This document shows positions 38,032 to 51,497 of a stretch of DNA of 64,000 bases, in pieces. The stretch comes from Chrysemys picta bellii (taxonomy: Eukaryota), in contig NC_088797.1 in assembly GCF_011386835.1 (NCBI RefSeq), positions 101,246,001 to 101,310,000 on the forward strand, in the 5' to 3' direction. Below the pieces are notes generated by a model. The model was not told the origin of the DNA, ran no database searches, and saw nothing but the letters and a program-made list of their open reading frames with translations. The position numbers and the translations under genes are program-made. Each line of letters begins with the position of its first letter. Position 1 is the stretch's first letter.

Positions 38032-38749
38032 GTGTGTTATTGGGGCGTCATATCACAGGGCCATTAAAAACAGATATATAAAACGATTTCGCGGGCCGGA
38101 TATAATTGTATGGCGGGCCGGATGTGGCCCGCGGGCCTTGAGTTTGACACATGTGATCTACAGTATATCTCAGGCTGGAAGCAGAGTTGTTAAGGAAAGT
38201 ACAGTCCTGCTGGCAGGCTCCAAACTAGGTATTATGCATTGATATATGGCAGAAATGAGCAGCCCAAAGCCATGTATCATGCTAAAGATTGTGCAGTGAG
38301 GGTTTCCATTTTGTCCTTCCTCCAGTAACAAATATGAACATTAAACAAAAGAATAAAATAAATCTAACAGGAAAAAATGATTTGCATTTTTAAAGTTTCA
38401 TGCTTAGTAGATTTGTTCTTCTAAAAGTTCAAACAAATCTCTTGAAGGTAGGTCCTTGCTAACACAAAGGCAGTTCTTTGCCCTTCTACAAAGCTGTGTA
38501 ACGTTTTACTTTCTGTGCTAGACGTGCTAAGCAATCCATAACTGGTTAACACTAAAGGGAAACATTCAAGGGTAGCTGGGCTAAAATTAGAGCTAGCTTT
38601 GTTCTAAGAGCAGGGGTACGTAGTCACATGTATGTCAGTATCCTTTCACTCTATCTCAGTGAAATTCACCCCTGTGCAGATGGCCAGCACACAGTTGATG
38701 AACAAGTCACACATAAGCCCTATTTAGCCCTCCTAAATTCATGGAGTAT

Positions 38750-38962
38750 AGGTCCATCAATGTCTATTAGCCAGGATGGGCAGAGATGGTCTCCCTAGCC
38801 TCTGTTTGCCAGAAGCTGGGAATGGGCGACAGGGGACAGATCACTTGATGATTACCTGTTCTTTTCATTCCCTCAGGCGCACCTGGCATTGGCCACTGTC
38901 AGAAGACAGTATACTGGGCTAGATGGACCTTTGGTCTGACACAGCATGGCTGTTCTTATGTT
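38750..38962 (+). mobile_element. CR1 LINE 3' fragment
   Basis: Ends GGGCTAGATGGACCTTTGGTCTGAC...TTCTTATGTT. Same family as 11856, 33905 and 59885. Confidence 0.85.
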
Positions 38963-39339
38963 GAGAGTTTAACTGGGACTTAAGTGGTGCCTAGGCCTCA
39001 TGCACAATATCATCCTCTGCAGTCCTAATGCACCTGTCATTGTATTATCACACCTCCATTCTTGTGAGCAGGCAGGGTACTCAGGAATGGGCACCCTATG
39101 ACAAACTGAGAATGCAGGATTCTTGCACATTCCGTGTGAAAGGCCCCATACAAGTGTATTTAAAATGTAAACAAAATAATCATTAAAAATTCAGAGATTT
39201 TAGGAGAACCATGCAAGAGTGAAATAGGCCAGGTTTGGATAATTGGGGAGGCAGGAGGCAAATAGTCTATAGGGGCAATAACAGCACAATGGGATAATAC
39301 CACAGGGATTAAACGCAGCCTTGGCTCTCAAGAAATAGG

Positions 39340-39900
39340 ATTTTAAAGTCATTTCCCATCATGACTACTGCACCCTCCTTCTCTTTGGCCTTCCTTACAC
39401 CCATCTTGCGCCCCTTCAGTCCATACAGTTGTTGCTGGCAAGATCATCATCTTTGCCTATCAATCTGGCAACATCACTCCACTCTTTGAAACCTTCTCCA
39501 CTGCATCAAATTCCAGCATCTTTTCCTCCAGGCCCTGCTTATCTGACTTACTCTTATTTCACTATTGCCTCTCAGATCTCTATTCCACTAGTAATGCCAG
39601 CCTTGCCAGCACTTTGTCTGCTTCTCTCAAAAACATCTCTGTGCCTTTTCCATCATCCTCTGTGAACTGATTCAGCTAGTCACCACCCACATCCAAATTC
39701 CCACTTCTATCAGGATGCTCACAAAATGTGAATCAACAAACACAATTCCAGGAGCTCTCTTTTATTTGTCATTTTCAAATATCCAACTGTGCTGCACACA
39801 GGCCTTTACTGAATAACTGCATCATCTCACTGCTGTGCCCCTTCCTTCATTACATTGTTTAGACTGTAAGCTCTCTGGGGCAGGCACTGTACTTGTTTGT
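39340..39900 (+). mobile_element. L2 LINE 3' remnant
   Basis: Decayed ORF2 C-terminus (LQSIQ...AR, then TPLFETF, similar to L2 HVTPLL), followed by the L2 tail TAGACTGTAAGCTCTCTGGGGCAGG. Confidence 0.65.
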
Positions 39901-42900
39901 ATGTCTATATGGTGCCTGAAATGCTTTAGGGCCTCAGGGTGAATTCCACTCTTGTGCAGACTTAAGTGCTGTCCAAAGCCTTGTGCAGTAAGTCCCATAA
40001 GCTGGCGTGGTGCAGAAGTCAGGCGAAGTCTCTCTTCACAGGGCTGAATTTTACCTTCAATTCATAAGAAACATTTAGAGACAAGGAGATGTGTTGTTTT
40101 ATTTTGAGAACCAGCTTTGCCGTATACAGGTTAAATTTGACTCCACAGATATTTCAGTGAGGTATTTTAAACCATTTGCTTTATATCCTGTTTACTCAAA
40201 ACAATACTTATGTTTTGAAAAATATCCCTTGGCCAAACCAAAATATCACACCCACCCGCCCAACACTCTGCTCCATCTACTTCCAAGCAGAGTTCATTTT
40301 TTACATATACTTATCTCACAGGAGACATCATGCACATGTAAAATCGAATTGCAAAGGTGAATGCTTATAAAATATTGATCCACAACCTCACCCAACACAA
40401 GCCAAGGAGGGTGACTGGCTGAGAGTGTTGCACTTTATCCTTCACTTGTAGTGATATGCCTTATATTTTCCCACAAGAATGTGAGATAAGGCTAGAGTGT
40501 AAGCTTCATCATTCACTCTGTTGGTTTTGCTTGGTTTGAAATCAAACATTTTATCATATATTAAACCACCAGGCGTGGTACAACATCCCACACTTCTACC
40601 ATCTTACAACTGATAAACTGAGCTCAGGACTGAACATGGATTACCTGCATGGCGATGCATTGTCATTGGCTATCTAGAAGACAGCATTTTGTGCCCATAT
40701 TTTAGCCAGATGTTGTCTGTGCGATTTGGGAGTTTAACCTAAATATCTACACCCTTCAACCTGCAAAACTTGGGCAAAGAAAAATCTTACTATAAATTCA
40801 CCTGATTCAGTGCAAACAACTGTTATGGATCCTTGTCCCTTCTCTATGCTGATTCTTGAGATGTCCTAGGGTTGGCCTGGCTAGCATTAAAACAAACCCT
40901 ACAAAACATAAAACCCACTCTGGGCTTCTCTATCTCAATTACAGGGCTGCTACTGGTTATAATCTTTAGCAGCTGCAATCACCATAAAAAACATAAATAG
41001 TTCAAAACACACCTCAGGAGTTCTCTTCCTAATTTTCTACACTAGAAGCCTTTCTTGGGAGCTACCTGGCTGGTCTCTGAGTTTCCTTTCCAGCCACACC
41101 CACAAAAACCCTAACTGACAAATTAACAAAGCCCAGCTGGATGCTCCACTGTAGTGAAAGCCAAAATACTGAATTTTCTTCCCCGGGATTAGCTCAGAGG
41201 AGGGTTCCCTTAAGATCAAAGGGCCAGGACATATCTATTACAGTTTCTCACATATTTGCAGCCCCGTGGTACTTACTGCAATTTGCTGACATCTCCACAG
41301 CTTTGTAATCGCTGGATTTCTGTATGTAATCAGAGCAACCCAGTGATAGCAGATTGCCAAGAATTTTCAATAGGCAGGTATACCCATGTTAGGAGTTACA
41401 GATATCTTATAGAACTTGTTTAGGGTGTTGAGCCTTTGGTCAATACAGCAGCTGGTATGTTTCAATCTTAGCCAATCACCAGTCACAAGGCTGCTTTTAA
41501 CTGTGCCCTGTATTGTGATCAGAAAGAAGTTAGCAGACATGTGCTGTGCAAAGTATGCATCAAACTATTGAGACTTTTTCAGAGTAATTTAAAATACAAA
41601 TGTTTTAACTATTTGTACTAATTCTTATTGTACAACTCAGCAAATTTTTAGATTTTAACAATGTGCTTTGTTTCATTTGCAATGAGTGAAGCTGAATGCA
41701 GGTTAAGTTGAACCAGTGAAACTTTATTAAATATGTGGACTGCTCTCTCTACATAGACTGAGAGCAACTCAGCCAAACTCCTCCAAGTTCTCTGTTCCAC
41801 TGGTGTCTTGTCAATAACAGTCTCTCCAGGAACACTGGCTCTCTGACTCAAGTCCAACAGATCATGATCCACTTCTTATTTTACAGTAGGTGAAAGGATT
41901 TGTATTTAAAAACTTATTTTTGTCCTAACTAGATTAAGTTGGCAAGATCTTAGTGGGTCTTTCCCCAGTGGAATTGTATAGCTGGCTTAGAAGTTAAAGT
42001 GCTTAAAATATGCAAGATAAGACTTCCTGTGTGTCCAAGGCGTATTTGATTTGCTCTAGGGGTAGTTTGGATATGATAGTTGATCCCAGCTGTCAGCCAT
42101 TACTCAGAACTGTACTTTAGCCACACCTTCCTGTGACTCAGCGCCAGCTTTCATCCCCTACACTCTGTGAAACATTCCACTGCTGCTAAGTCATCAAATG
42201 TAACAACGTTGAAAACTTTGGTATTCATTTGTTCCTTTTATATATAGTGTGTATATATACACACTTAATACAATGATGTGCCCAACCAACAATTGCTTCA
42301 GGGTTTTATAAAGGCTGTAAGTAGCCTGCAAATGGGTCCAAAGCGTCGAAGAACAGGTCTGTCATGCAAACAAACAATGACTGGTCAACACTTTAACTGA
42401 TTGAAAAAATCTTATTAAAATCATTTCCTTAGCATTTAGGCTTCAAACCAAAGCAAGTATCAAGAAGTTAATTGTCAAGATGCTTAGTGTGAACTATTCC
42501 AACATACGTTCTTTCAAACACTGCCTCCTTGGCCTTCTATCTATCCAGCCAGCCAAGTCAGTAGTTACATGGCCTTATTCCCCGTAATGTCTCTGAGTCC
42601 TTCCCGGGGATGATCCTGTCCCATGCTATCTGAAAAACAGTGTCTTCACAGCTCTTACCTTACACAATAGAGTTAGACTAAAATGTAGGGGGAAATCAAC
42701 ACCTTGCTCCAAACTCTGAGTGGAAATTGGAATTTGCATCTTCTCTAGTAATGAAAAATATCCCCAGCCTAGGTGCATTCTCCCAGTCCTAGGAAATGTT
42801 GTAAGACACTGTTGTAGTGGCTGCCATCTTGGCTGAGACAGTAACTGGAGCCTTCCACAGGTGAAAGTATAAGTCTTCACAGCTTGAGCCAAAGAGGCAG

Positions 42901-43299
42901 GTTCTCAGGCTGAGAGCTGTAACAGATTTACATCCTCTGTGGATGGGGCAAAAGGGGCACACATAAGACACACTGACCAGTGGATTACACTGTAACACTA
43001 TAAAAGCCACTTTAGGGTCACATTTTAAGTTATTTCCACATCTCACAGTCTAGTGGGACCTTATTTGATACCTCCTTCTCCACTTTGGCGCACAGAAAGG
43101 AGAAAGGAACTGAGAGTGAAGAATGAAGCAATTTCTTCATCGTTTCCCTCTTACTTGTCTAATTGGACATTTGTGCACATAATTACCTGAACTACGAGCA
43201 GTTTAAAAATAGTAGGCCTCAGAGATAGAGCTAAAATGTCACAGTTTCAAGTGGAATGCAGTTATATGAATACTGGGTGACCCAGGGACCTCTTGATGC

Positions 43300-44370
43300 C
43301 AATAGATTGGATGAATGCAGTTTTACAGGCATTCCCTGGGGAAGAAATATGCATAATAATTCACCAAATGGTGGCATGTAAGGCCTCTCCCAAAAGCCAG
43401 TGGCTTACTGGTCATCATCGTCATTGTGAAATGTATGCACGGGTAATATTTAAGAAATTATGTATCTATACTGGAAATGATGTTCTTAAAGCCTTAAAGT
43501 TAAAACACCTCACCAGGGGGTAACAGGCCTTGGACAGCTTCTCTTCCAAGCAGGGGTAGGAGATTCTTATCTCTCTCTGTCTGGTCAAGGATCTATTGTG
43601 CATTGTATGTATCACAATCGAATCCTATTTGCATTACTAAGACTGATGCTAATCAAAGGAGTGAGAAACTACAGAATAGGGAAAGCTGCAGGAAAAAACA
43701 AACCACCTAGGGTGGGGCACCTGTTTATGAGTAAAGACAATAGATTTCTGGGGTATAATTGGGAGCACTCAGGCACATCCTGGATCCTTCATGGAGGAGA
43801 TGAACTGCCAGTGTGTTCTTTCTTACGAAAGGATCACAGCCAACCTGGCTGGAAAACACTGCAAAACGTTTGGGTGAGCTAAACTTCATTAGACAGGAAA
43901 GTATCTTGTTGATTAAGTCAAGGCTCTAGAATGTGTTATAATTTTGTTTTTTTGTGTTATTTGTTTTTCAGTACATGTACTTGCTACTTCTCAAATCTCT
44001 ATACTTTGTTTTACATGTTTTTCATTATAAACATCTCTAAGTGCCGTGCGTTAAGAGAAGCAGAGATCTAAAGTGTAGGTGGTAAGCAGGGTGGATACTG
44101 TTCCTTTGGGAGCAGTGGATCTGTGAATTCTGTGAGTGCCCAGTACGACGGGGGGGAGGGGATGCTTGGAGGGTTTGGGGTTGGAGCATGCCTATCACTA
44201 AACTGCAGAGGGACATCAGACCTGGGGAACCAGGGAGCTGACACCCAGCAGGCAGACAAGGCTTCTGCTCAGGGCAGGTGAAAGCGAGGTGCCTTGCAAC
44301 CCTGGGCACACTGAGAAAGCATCACACTCTGCACCACAACAAAGGGATGGTTGATGTGAAAGGTGACACG
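43300..44370 (+). mobile_element. Possible degenerate solo LTR; boundaries uncertain
   Basis: LTR-like composition (TATA-like GGGTATAATT, ends AGGTGACA). No convincing TSD. Confidence 0.35.
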
Positions 44371-46977
44371 GCCAGTCTGATGCGCTGTAATACGTTGAAC
44401 CCAATGGTTTATGTAATTAGGAGACCCCCCCCCCAAGCATACAGCGTTAGTAGGGATAGGGAGATTGCCACCTTAGCTGTCTTGATTTTCAAGGGGTATA
44501 TAATAAATAGCATAAAGTAATGCTCAGTCAAGGTTATACAAAAGCTCCCTCTAAGGGTGACAGTGCTACTTTACTTGTGTAACAAGTACTATGTAACAAA
44601 GAAGGGACCTGCATGGCTGCCTCCTGAATATAGTCACCTGTGTATGGGGCACTGGTTCAATGCTGACTCTGGGGGAAAGTTCCAGTGCCTGAATTACCAA
44701 CACCATTTCCTCCAGTTCCTAGATATGATTTGTTCTATTATTTTCCATTTTATGCACCTATCATAGCCCATGAGTAAGAACTAAAACCTACACAATCCTT
44801 AAAATGCTCGAAGAACAAAACCAAATAAATTGCCCAACAACACCCCATTGAGATGATCATATTCACCATGAATAAACCCCCCACAGCAATCAAATTACCC
44901 CTTTCCAAAAGTCTGGGTTTTGCAGGGCATCCTGAAGGCTAACAAATCCAGGTTATACCAGAGCAAGGAAGGTAGCATATTCTAATCCAGGGGCCTTAAT
45001 GAAAGATTCCCTGCCAGCAGCCCCCTTAGGCCTAACCTGAGAGAGCTCCTGGCTGGATGCCTGACCTAGCTGAAACTATGGTAGTATAACATGGGGAGAG
45101 AGGCAGTCTCCCTGGTAAACATCCCATACTGACTTTTCTTAGGGATTACAGAGCAAGATGGGGTGATGGCAGAGGACATTTGATAATTTGTCCATACAGT
45201 TTTGCATTAGCCCTAAAATCCTATGATTCCCGGTTCCATCAGCTATACGGGCTGAGTATTTTCCAAGCATCCCAGATCAACGGTTTATCATATAAACAAC
45301 CACATTCTCCCATTTCTGGTATTGGTGACAAAAAATATTGTACCCTTCAGGACTGCAGGGTACAGTATTTTCACTCTGCGACATTTCAGATTTTCATATC
45401 ATTTAATTCAGTTTTTTAAAAATGCATCTAGCTGAAGCATACACAGACTATTTGCAAAATCAAATAGGATTGATTTAGATTGGCCAGCCTTTTCAGCCTA
45501 ATACAATCCCTTGAATAATCTTCTCTATGTTAAACACATAATTGATCTGACAGATGTCCCATCCTGGGACTGCCCCACAAGGCAAGTTCTCAAATTCTTG
45601 TCCAGAAAGATATAGAGAATAGTAGAGCAAGCAGAGCTTTCTCTCTCCCTCATGCACACACACAGAATTAGAATATCAGCTTCCCCTTTTTTTATTCTGC
45701 CCTAGGCAGTGTTTTGGGAAGTTCTAGCCTTTAATATTTCCTGGGCGGACAAGAAAGCATGTATAGAAGGAAGAGTGAGAAGTGACGGAGCTTGACAGAA
45801 AAAAAAAAAGGGAGTGAGGGTAAGTAGGAAAGGTGGAAAAACATTTAGACGAATGGAGTTACGTGATTTTCAGTCACCTGGCCCTCCAAAATGAGTGTTC
45901 CCTTTGATAGCCTCCTACAGGACTCCTATACTCTAGAGCTTGAATTGTTCATTCCTGAAACTATATGTTCATATTCTTGCTGCCTATTTTCTGTGTTGCC
46001 GGAAACTTGCATTGAAACCACAAATCACCCTGCCATGCCTCCCCAGGCAGAAACTGTTCTCCACAGAGGCACCAATGAATCACTGTAGATAACCATGTCT
46101 AAACCCGACATTTGGGACTGCTTGGCAGTTACCCTGTGATTTAAAAATGAAAGCTGCGAATTCATTTCTTCACTCCATTGATTAAATACAATTACTCAAC
46201 TACTCTTTTCAGCAACTGTGACATACAAACTGCAATGTATATAAACATCATGGGTGCTTTCTGCTCTAGTTAGACACACAGAGGAGTTCAAATGGCATTC
46301 TCGTGCTGCCATGCGTGGCTGACATCACTCAGTCCCATGCTGGAGCACACATTCTCCTTAAAGCAACAAGGGTCAATTTATTCCTGAGGTACTCTGACTT
46401 CAATGGAGTTACACTAGGGGTGAATTTGGTCCAAGGAGTGCACATGGAGACATTGAATATGCTGTTACATACAGTATTACCCAAGCAACACCATCTAAAT
46501 TTAGTTCTCCATTTAATAAGCTCTTCAGGGGAAGTGTCAGTGTTCCACATAACCATAAACTGTTAGGGAGTTTTACTGCACAACAGCAGTTCGCTCAGTG
46601 ACTAATCATAATTCTAATAGCCCTATTCATCATCCCTTGCTGCTCTGAAGCCTTTTCTGATCAGGAAGGCTGCAAGGAGATTGTCCTTTGGAACCTGGCT
46701 TCTAGCAAGTTTGTTGTTCTGGTCATTTCCAATGGTAAATATCCCTCTGGCACAGAATTAAAGAGTAAAAAAGAGGGCCTACCTCCAATCCTGGAGAAGC
46801 AGCATTCCCTAAGAGCAAATAGCACTTTTTCTTCAGCAAAATGCCAGTAAGAATTTCTGTAATGCAGTTGAGTGTATTTATATACTGCACATAGAGTGTT
46901 AATGGGCTGGGCTCCCCTGCTGTCCTGCCTAGCTCCATAAAGTACCATGACAACGTGATCAAGACTAAAAAAAATAT

Positions 46978-47237
46978 CAGTGTTGCCAGTTTATCACAAA
47001 TCTCACAATAGTTAATATTCTTCTTAAAGCTCCAGCACCTGGAGTCAAATGATTAGGTGAAAAATCTCAGCTTATTTAAAAAGAAAGTAAGTTTCTAGAC
47101 CTCGTGGCTGCAGAGTTGAAAACATTACCTGCGTACACTCAAAAACCAAAAGGCAAATAGAAACCAAACATCAATTCTTTTTTAAGATTTTGGGGGCCTG
47201 ACTCATAATTTTTGAACAGTTGAGGTTGGCAATACTG
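46978..47237. mobile_element. Old hAT-type MITE; second degraded copy at about 48580-48845
   Basis: TIRs CAGTGTTGCCA / TGGCAATACTG. Internal TTCTTAAAGC...CCTGGAGTCA.ATGATTAG shared with ~48620. TSD not conserved. Confidence 0.6.
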
Positions 47238-49394
47238 AAACAACGGTGTCTCAGCTACGAAGAATGTTTCGCATCTCTGCAAATCGCATCTCTGCAAATG
47301 CAAAGAGGTCAAGCTAGTGACACAGACATCTTGCTGTGCTTCAAGAATCTATTTAATTAAAGATGGGACTCAGCAGCCACAGCCTTCTGTTGGAAACAGA
47401 GACAACTAGCCTCGTGGCTAATGGCACAGATTGGCCATTACAGTCGTAGCTGGCTGTGTTAATTTTTCAATCAATTTGAACTTCCTGCGTTAATGGGACC
47501 GGTGGTTGCATAAATAACTAATTAAAACTCAAATATCTCCAGACACCTCTTTCCTCTAGGAAAATATTTGGACCACAGCCAGTTTGCTAATCATTTCATT
47601 GTCACCACTCTAAAGGTGGGGTGTGAAGTTCTGAAGTTTTAGGCTCCAGTATGAATCACTGAACAAACTCTTCGGGATGCTAAATCGAGGTGTATGTACA
47701 CCACGAGGAGAAAATGTCCCTTTCTCCACCTGCATAAGAGAATACACAGTCACTTAGAGCCAGGTTCTGAATAAGGACAGGAATATATTCGATGATGCTG
47801 TAATTGTGATCATTTCCATGAGAGGATTATTTACTGCCCTATTTTCATATTTGTTTCAAATTGTATTTGTCACATGGACCACATTGCGCCTTCCCACACA
47901 TTTTCCCATGGGGAAGAAACTCTCTGAATTCTCCTACAATGATGGTGTTTGCCCTCCGCATAGAAGCAAATTCTCATTCCCCAAACCTCTTGGATCCTTT
48001 AAGAGCAACACAGCTTCAAGCAGATCCCCTGAAAGCATGTTGGGGCTAAGCTGCCAGTGACTCACCAACCTGTAGCTACCCTGAGGAGGGGACACAGGGT
48101 CAATGGAGCACCATTCGTGTCCATTACATGAACGTCTTGCCTGGGAGTTTGTGCAGCCATGAGTTGTACTAACTCCTGAGCAGATTCCTCACTGGGTTGG
48201 TGGAGATTGGGGGACAATGTGTGCTCCCCAGAGCACCCTCTTCAAATGAGGATCCTGAATACCACAGTGAACCCTCAGTGTCCAAGGAAAATAGTGTGAC
48301 ACTCTCCCCAAACACTATATATACAAACTGCTATATAAGCAGATGACCTTGGGGCAACCTGGGCCCAAGACATTACAGAGCTTATAATAATCAATAATAA
48401 ACTCTGCCACAGATGGTACTTCCCCATCCCTGCTTCCTCGTGCAAATGAGATCTGCACATGGTGGGAGCAATGCATGTGGGTCAGCAGGTGCAATCTGGG
48501 CACATTTCTTTCCTTCCGCCACCGACGCTTCAGAGACTGAAAACAGAGAGAACTTTTAACGTCTTATGTAACATACAGGGCCTTGCCAACTCTCAAGATG
48601 TTCTCGCAATATTTGATGTTTTTCTTAAAGCCTCCTGGAGTCAGATGATTAGATGAGAATCTCTGCTTTCAGGGTTTTAAAAATAAAAGTTCCTAGCCCT
48701 CACGACTCTAGAGAAGAAGCTTGACAATATAAACCTTAAATACTTCATACCCACAAGACAATAGAAAGAACCCAAAACTTATTTGAAAAAAGTCATCATT
48801 TTGGAGGTCTGATTTGAGATTTTAAATGTTTGGCATTGACAATATTATTCTCACAATTTAATCTGAATTTATCTCTCTCTAACTCTCTCTCTAATTTTGG
48901 GGGGGGGGGGGAGTGAGGGGGTGGCATTTTACACCTCCTGGACATTAAAATTAATTTAGTACTTTTCACTTTCAGACTTTCACTGGCACAGGGAAGTGAT
49001 TATTTGCTCAAAAACAACTGTTTTTCTTGAAATTTAAAAGATTCATAAAACAGTTTAGTTTGGTTTTAGGCTTTAATCAGCTTGTTTGGTTTTATTAAAC
49101 CATATCTAAATTTTGGGCCATATTCGAGTTGTGTCCTACGAACAGTGTACAACTTACAATAGTTTGTGTTCATGCAGGCCTGCAAAATCCTGAGCAACAA
49201 TACCAATGACATTAGCTGTTTTCTCAAGAGCAAAGATAAATGTCACCACTAAAACATTCTCTTTTGTCTGTATAATTTAACTAATAAAAAAGTTGGTCCA
49301 AAAAAAGATATTACCTCGCCTACCCTGTCTTTCTAGTTTAACTGCAGCAAAGTTACTGAATCAGGTAAAGTAATATAAGAATGTCAGTGTTTCT

Positions 49395-49992
49395 CTAGAA
49401 CAAAGAGGAGTACTTGTGGCACCTTAGAGACTAACAAATTTATTCAGGCATAAGATTTTGTGGGCTAAACCCCACTTCATCAGATGCATGGAGTGGAAAA
49501 TACAGTAGAAAGATATATATATATACACAGTACATTAAAAGACGGCAATTGCCTTACCAAGTGGGGGGTCAGTTCTGATGAGACAATTCAATTAAAGTGG
49601 GCTATTATCAACAGGAGGAAGAATCACTTTTGTAGTGGTAATCAGGGTGACCCATTTCAAACAGTTGAGAAGGAGGTGTGAGTAACAGTAGGGGGAAATT
49701 AGCATGGGGAAATTAGTTTTTAGTTTTTGTAGTGACCCATCCACTCCATGTCTTTATTCAGGCCTAATTTGATGGTGTCCAGTTTGCAAATTAATTCCAG
49801 TTCTGCAGTTTCTCGTTGGAGTCTGTTTTTGAAGGTTTTTTTGTCGAAGAATTGCCACTTTTAGGTCTGTTAATGAGTGTCCAGGGAGGCTGAAGTGTTC
49901 TCCGACTGGTTTTTGAATGTTATAATTCTTGACATTTGATTTGTGTCCATTTATTCTTTTGCATAGAGGTTGTCCAGTTTGGCCAATGTACA
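49395..49992 (-). mobile_element. Penelope-like retroelement 3' fragment (GIY-YIG endonuclease plus terminal repeat)
   Basis: ORF 49754-50014 contains MYIGQTGQPLCKRINGHKS...KPVGEHFSLPGHSLTDLKVAIL (Penelope GIY-YIG domain, frameshifted afterwards). Terminal segment ...AGTCTCTAAGGTGCCACAAGTACTCCTC on the minus strand. Confidence 0.92.
49448..49487 (-). ncRNA. Degenerate minimal hammerhead ribozyme motif of the Penelope element
   Basis: Minus strand GCAU-CUGAUGA-A-GUGGG-GUUUAG-CCCAC-AAAA-UC-UUAUGC: core CUGAUGA, stem II GUGGG/CCCAC, stem I GCAU/AUGC. GAAA is mutated to AAAA. Confidence 0.65.
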
Positions 49993-50796
49993 TGTGTTTC
50001 TCTAGAGCAGCCACTCTCTCATTGGTGCAGTGTCACATAAATGTAATGAGTTTTGTAAAGGATTTCGGAATAAACCAATTACACTCACAATACTCATCAA
50101 TTCTCACTACTAGGAGTGTGTATTTAGTTTCCAAATTTACCTCCAAGTATCTGGGACAAGTATCTTCTCCTTTGTATGAGAAAGGCAAGTATAAGAGCCA
50201 GGTACTTCCTCAGACCCATGATATTTCCTGGTTGCTTTCTCAAAAGCCCATCTCATTATTATTAACTAATTATTTATTAACTAATCACAATATGAGGCAC
50301 AGCAAATCTTTAAACATAAAAAGTTATTTGTAATGATTTTTTCTGAAATTGACAACATTTAGAGGTTGCATAAAAAGTGCTGAAAAGGCCATTTCTGCCT
50401 GGAGCAAATAGCTGACTAAACAATAAATGCTCTGGCCTTCCTTTTCTAAACACCAGCTGTGGCAGGATGAGTGGGTCCATTCACTGGGAAGCAAATGGAC
50501 ATTAATAAGACCTCATCTTATTGGTCAGGCTGTGGGGTTTCTCATGGGATGCAGTGATCCTGGAGAGCAGGCAGTTTGTGAAGAGAATATTTGTGTAATC
50601 TTACCTAGATGGAGCTGTGCTCTGGCCTTTCGAGGGGAAAGGAGCACATTGCAACTGATTTTTAGATCATTTCTCTATATTTCAAGAAGACTAAGTACCT
50701 TTATCATTTCTGATCAACGTAGTTAAACTAGTGGCATCTGGTATTTATAAACACAGCAATCTTTTCCCAGGGATTAAAGTCCTCAGAGAGGCACTC

Positions 50797-51497
50797 CAGC
50801 CTAGATCCACAAAAAGGACATGAGTGGAATGTCACTTTGTGGTGCCTAGAGCATCACAGGAACAACACTGCAAACCATAAAGCTGAGTTAGGCACTTAGA
50901 CTCCCCGTACAATGAATGGGGAGAGAGAAGCACCTTAGAATGTGATTCCCAAAGCCAGCATGCTGGGCAGGGAGTCACCTAAGATAGCCAATGGGAGAAG
51001 CTGGCACAAGAGCTGTATGTTAAGTCCCACCCTTCTCTCGGAATTAGGGCACCTAAATCTGGGCTGCAAGGAGTCATGAACCCAGGGAAGATAGGCATTC
51101 AGATGGCTAAGTCATGTACAGCTGGGGTAGTGGGGGGAGGGAGAGGAGAACCTCCCTTATAACCTTTAGCTCAGTGGTTAGGATACTTATCTGGGATATG
51201 GGAGATCCCTGGTTCAAGTTAGGCAGCCAAACATCTACCTTTCTCTTGGTTCATATATTGCTCTGGGGCTTAGGTAGGCGATAGGGGTTTGGGAGCCTAG
51301 AGGCAGCAGTGCATATGCTCAGAGGCAGAAAGGTAGGTGCCTATGGAACTTTTACTGCAAAACTTAGATGCCGAGCAACTTTAGGCATCTACATGGTTAG
51401 GTAGCAGCTGAGTGGGAGTTTTGTGGAACACACTGGTGCTTAGAAGGGACTTAGTCCTAAAAATGGGACTTAAGTATCTTAGTACATTTGTGGGGCC
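50797..51497. mobile_element. Degenerate MITE-like element with internal tRNA-like segment
   Basis: Ends CCTAGATCCACAAA / TTTGTGGGGCCC. Repeated AGGCAC(C/T)TA motifs. TAGCTCAGTGG (51167-51177) and GGTTCAAGT (51211-51219). Confidence 0.5.

Larger units (their letters stand above)
35795..38155 (-). mobile_element. Full-length autonomous hAT DNA transposon (Charlie/Buster/SPIN group), copy 1, 2,361 bp
   Basis: 16-bp imperfect TIRs CAGGGGTGTCAAACTC / GAGTTTGACACATGTG. Perfect 8-bp TSD ATCTACAG (35787-35794, 38156-38163). Subterminal GCGGGCC repeats at both ends. Intact transposase ORF. Confidence 0.98.
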
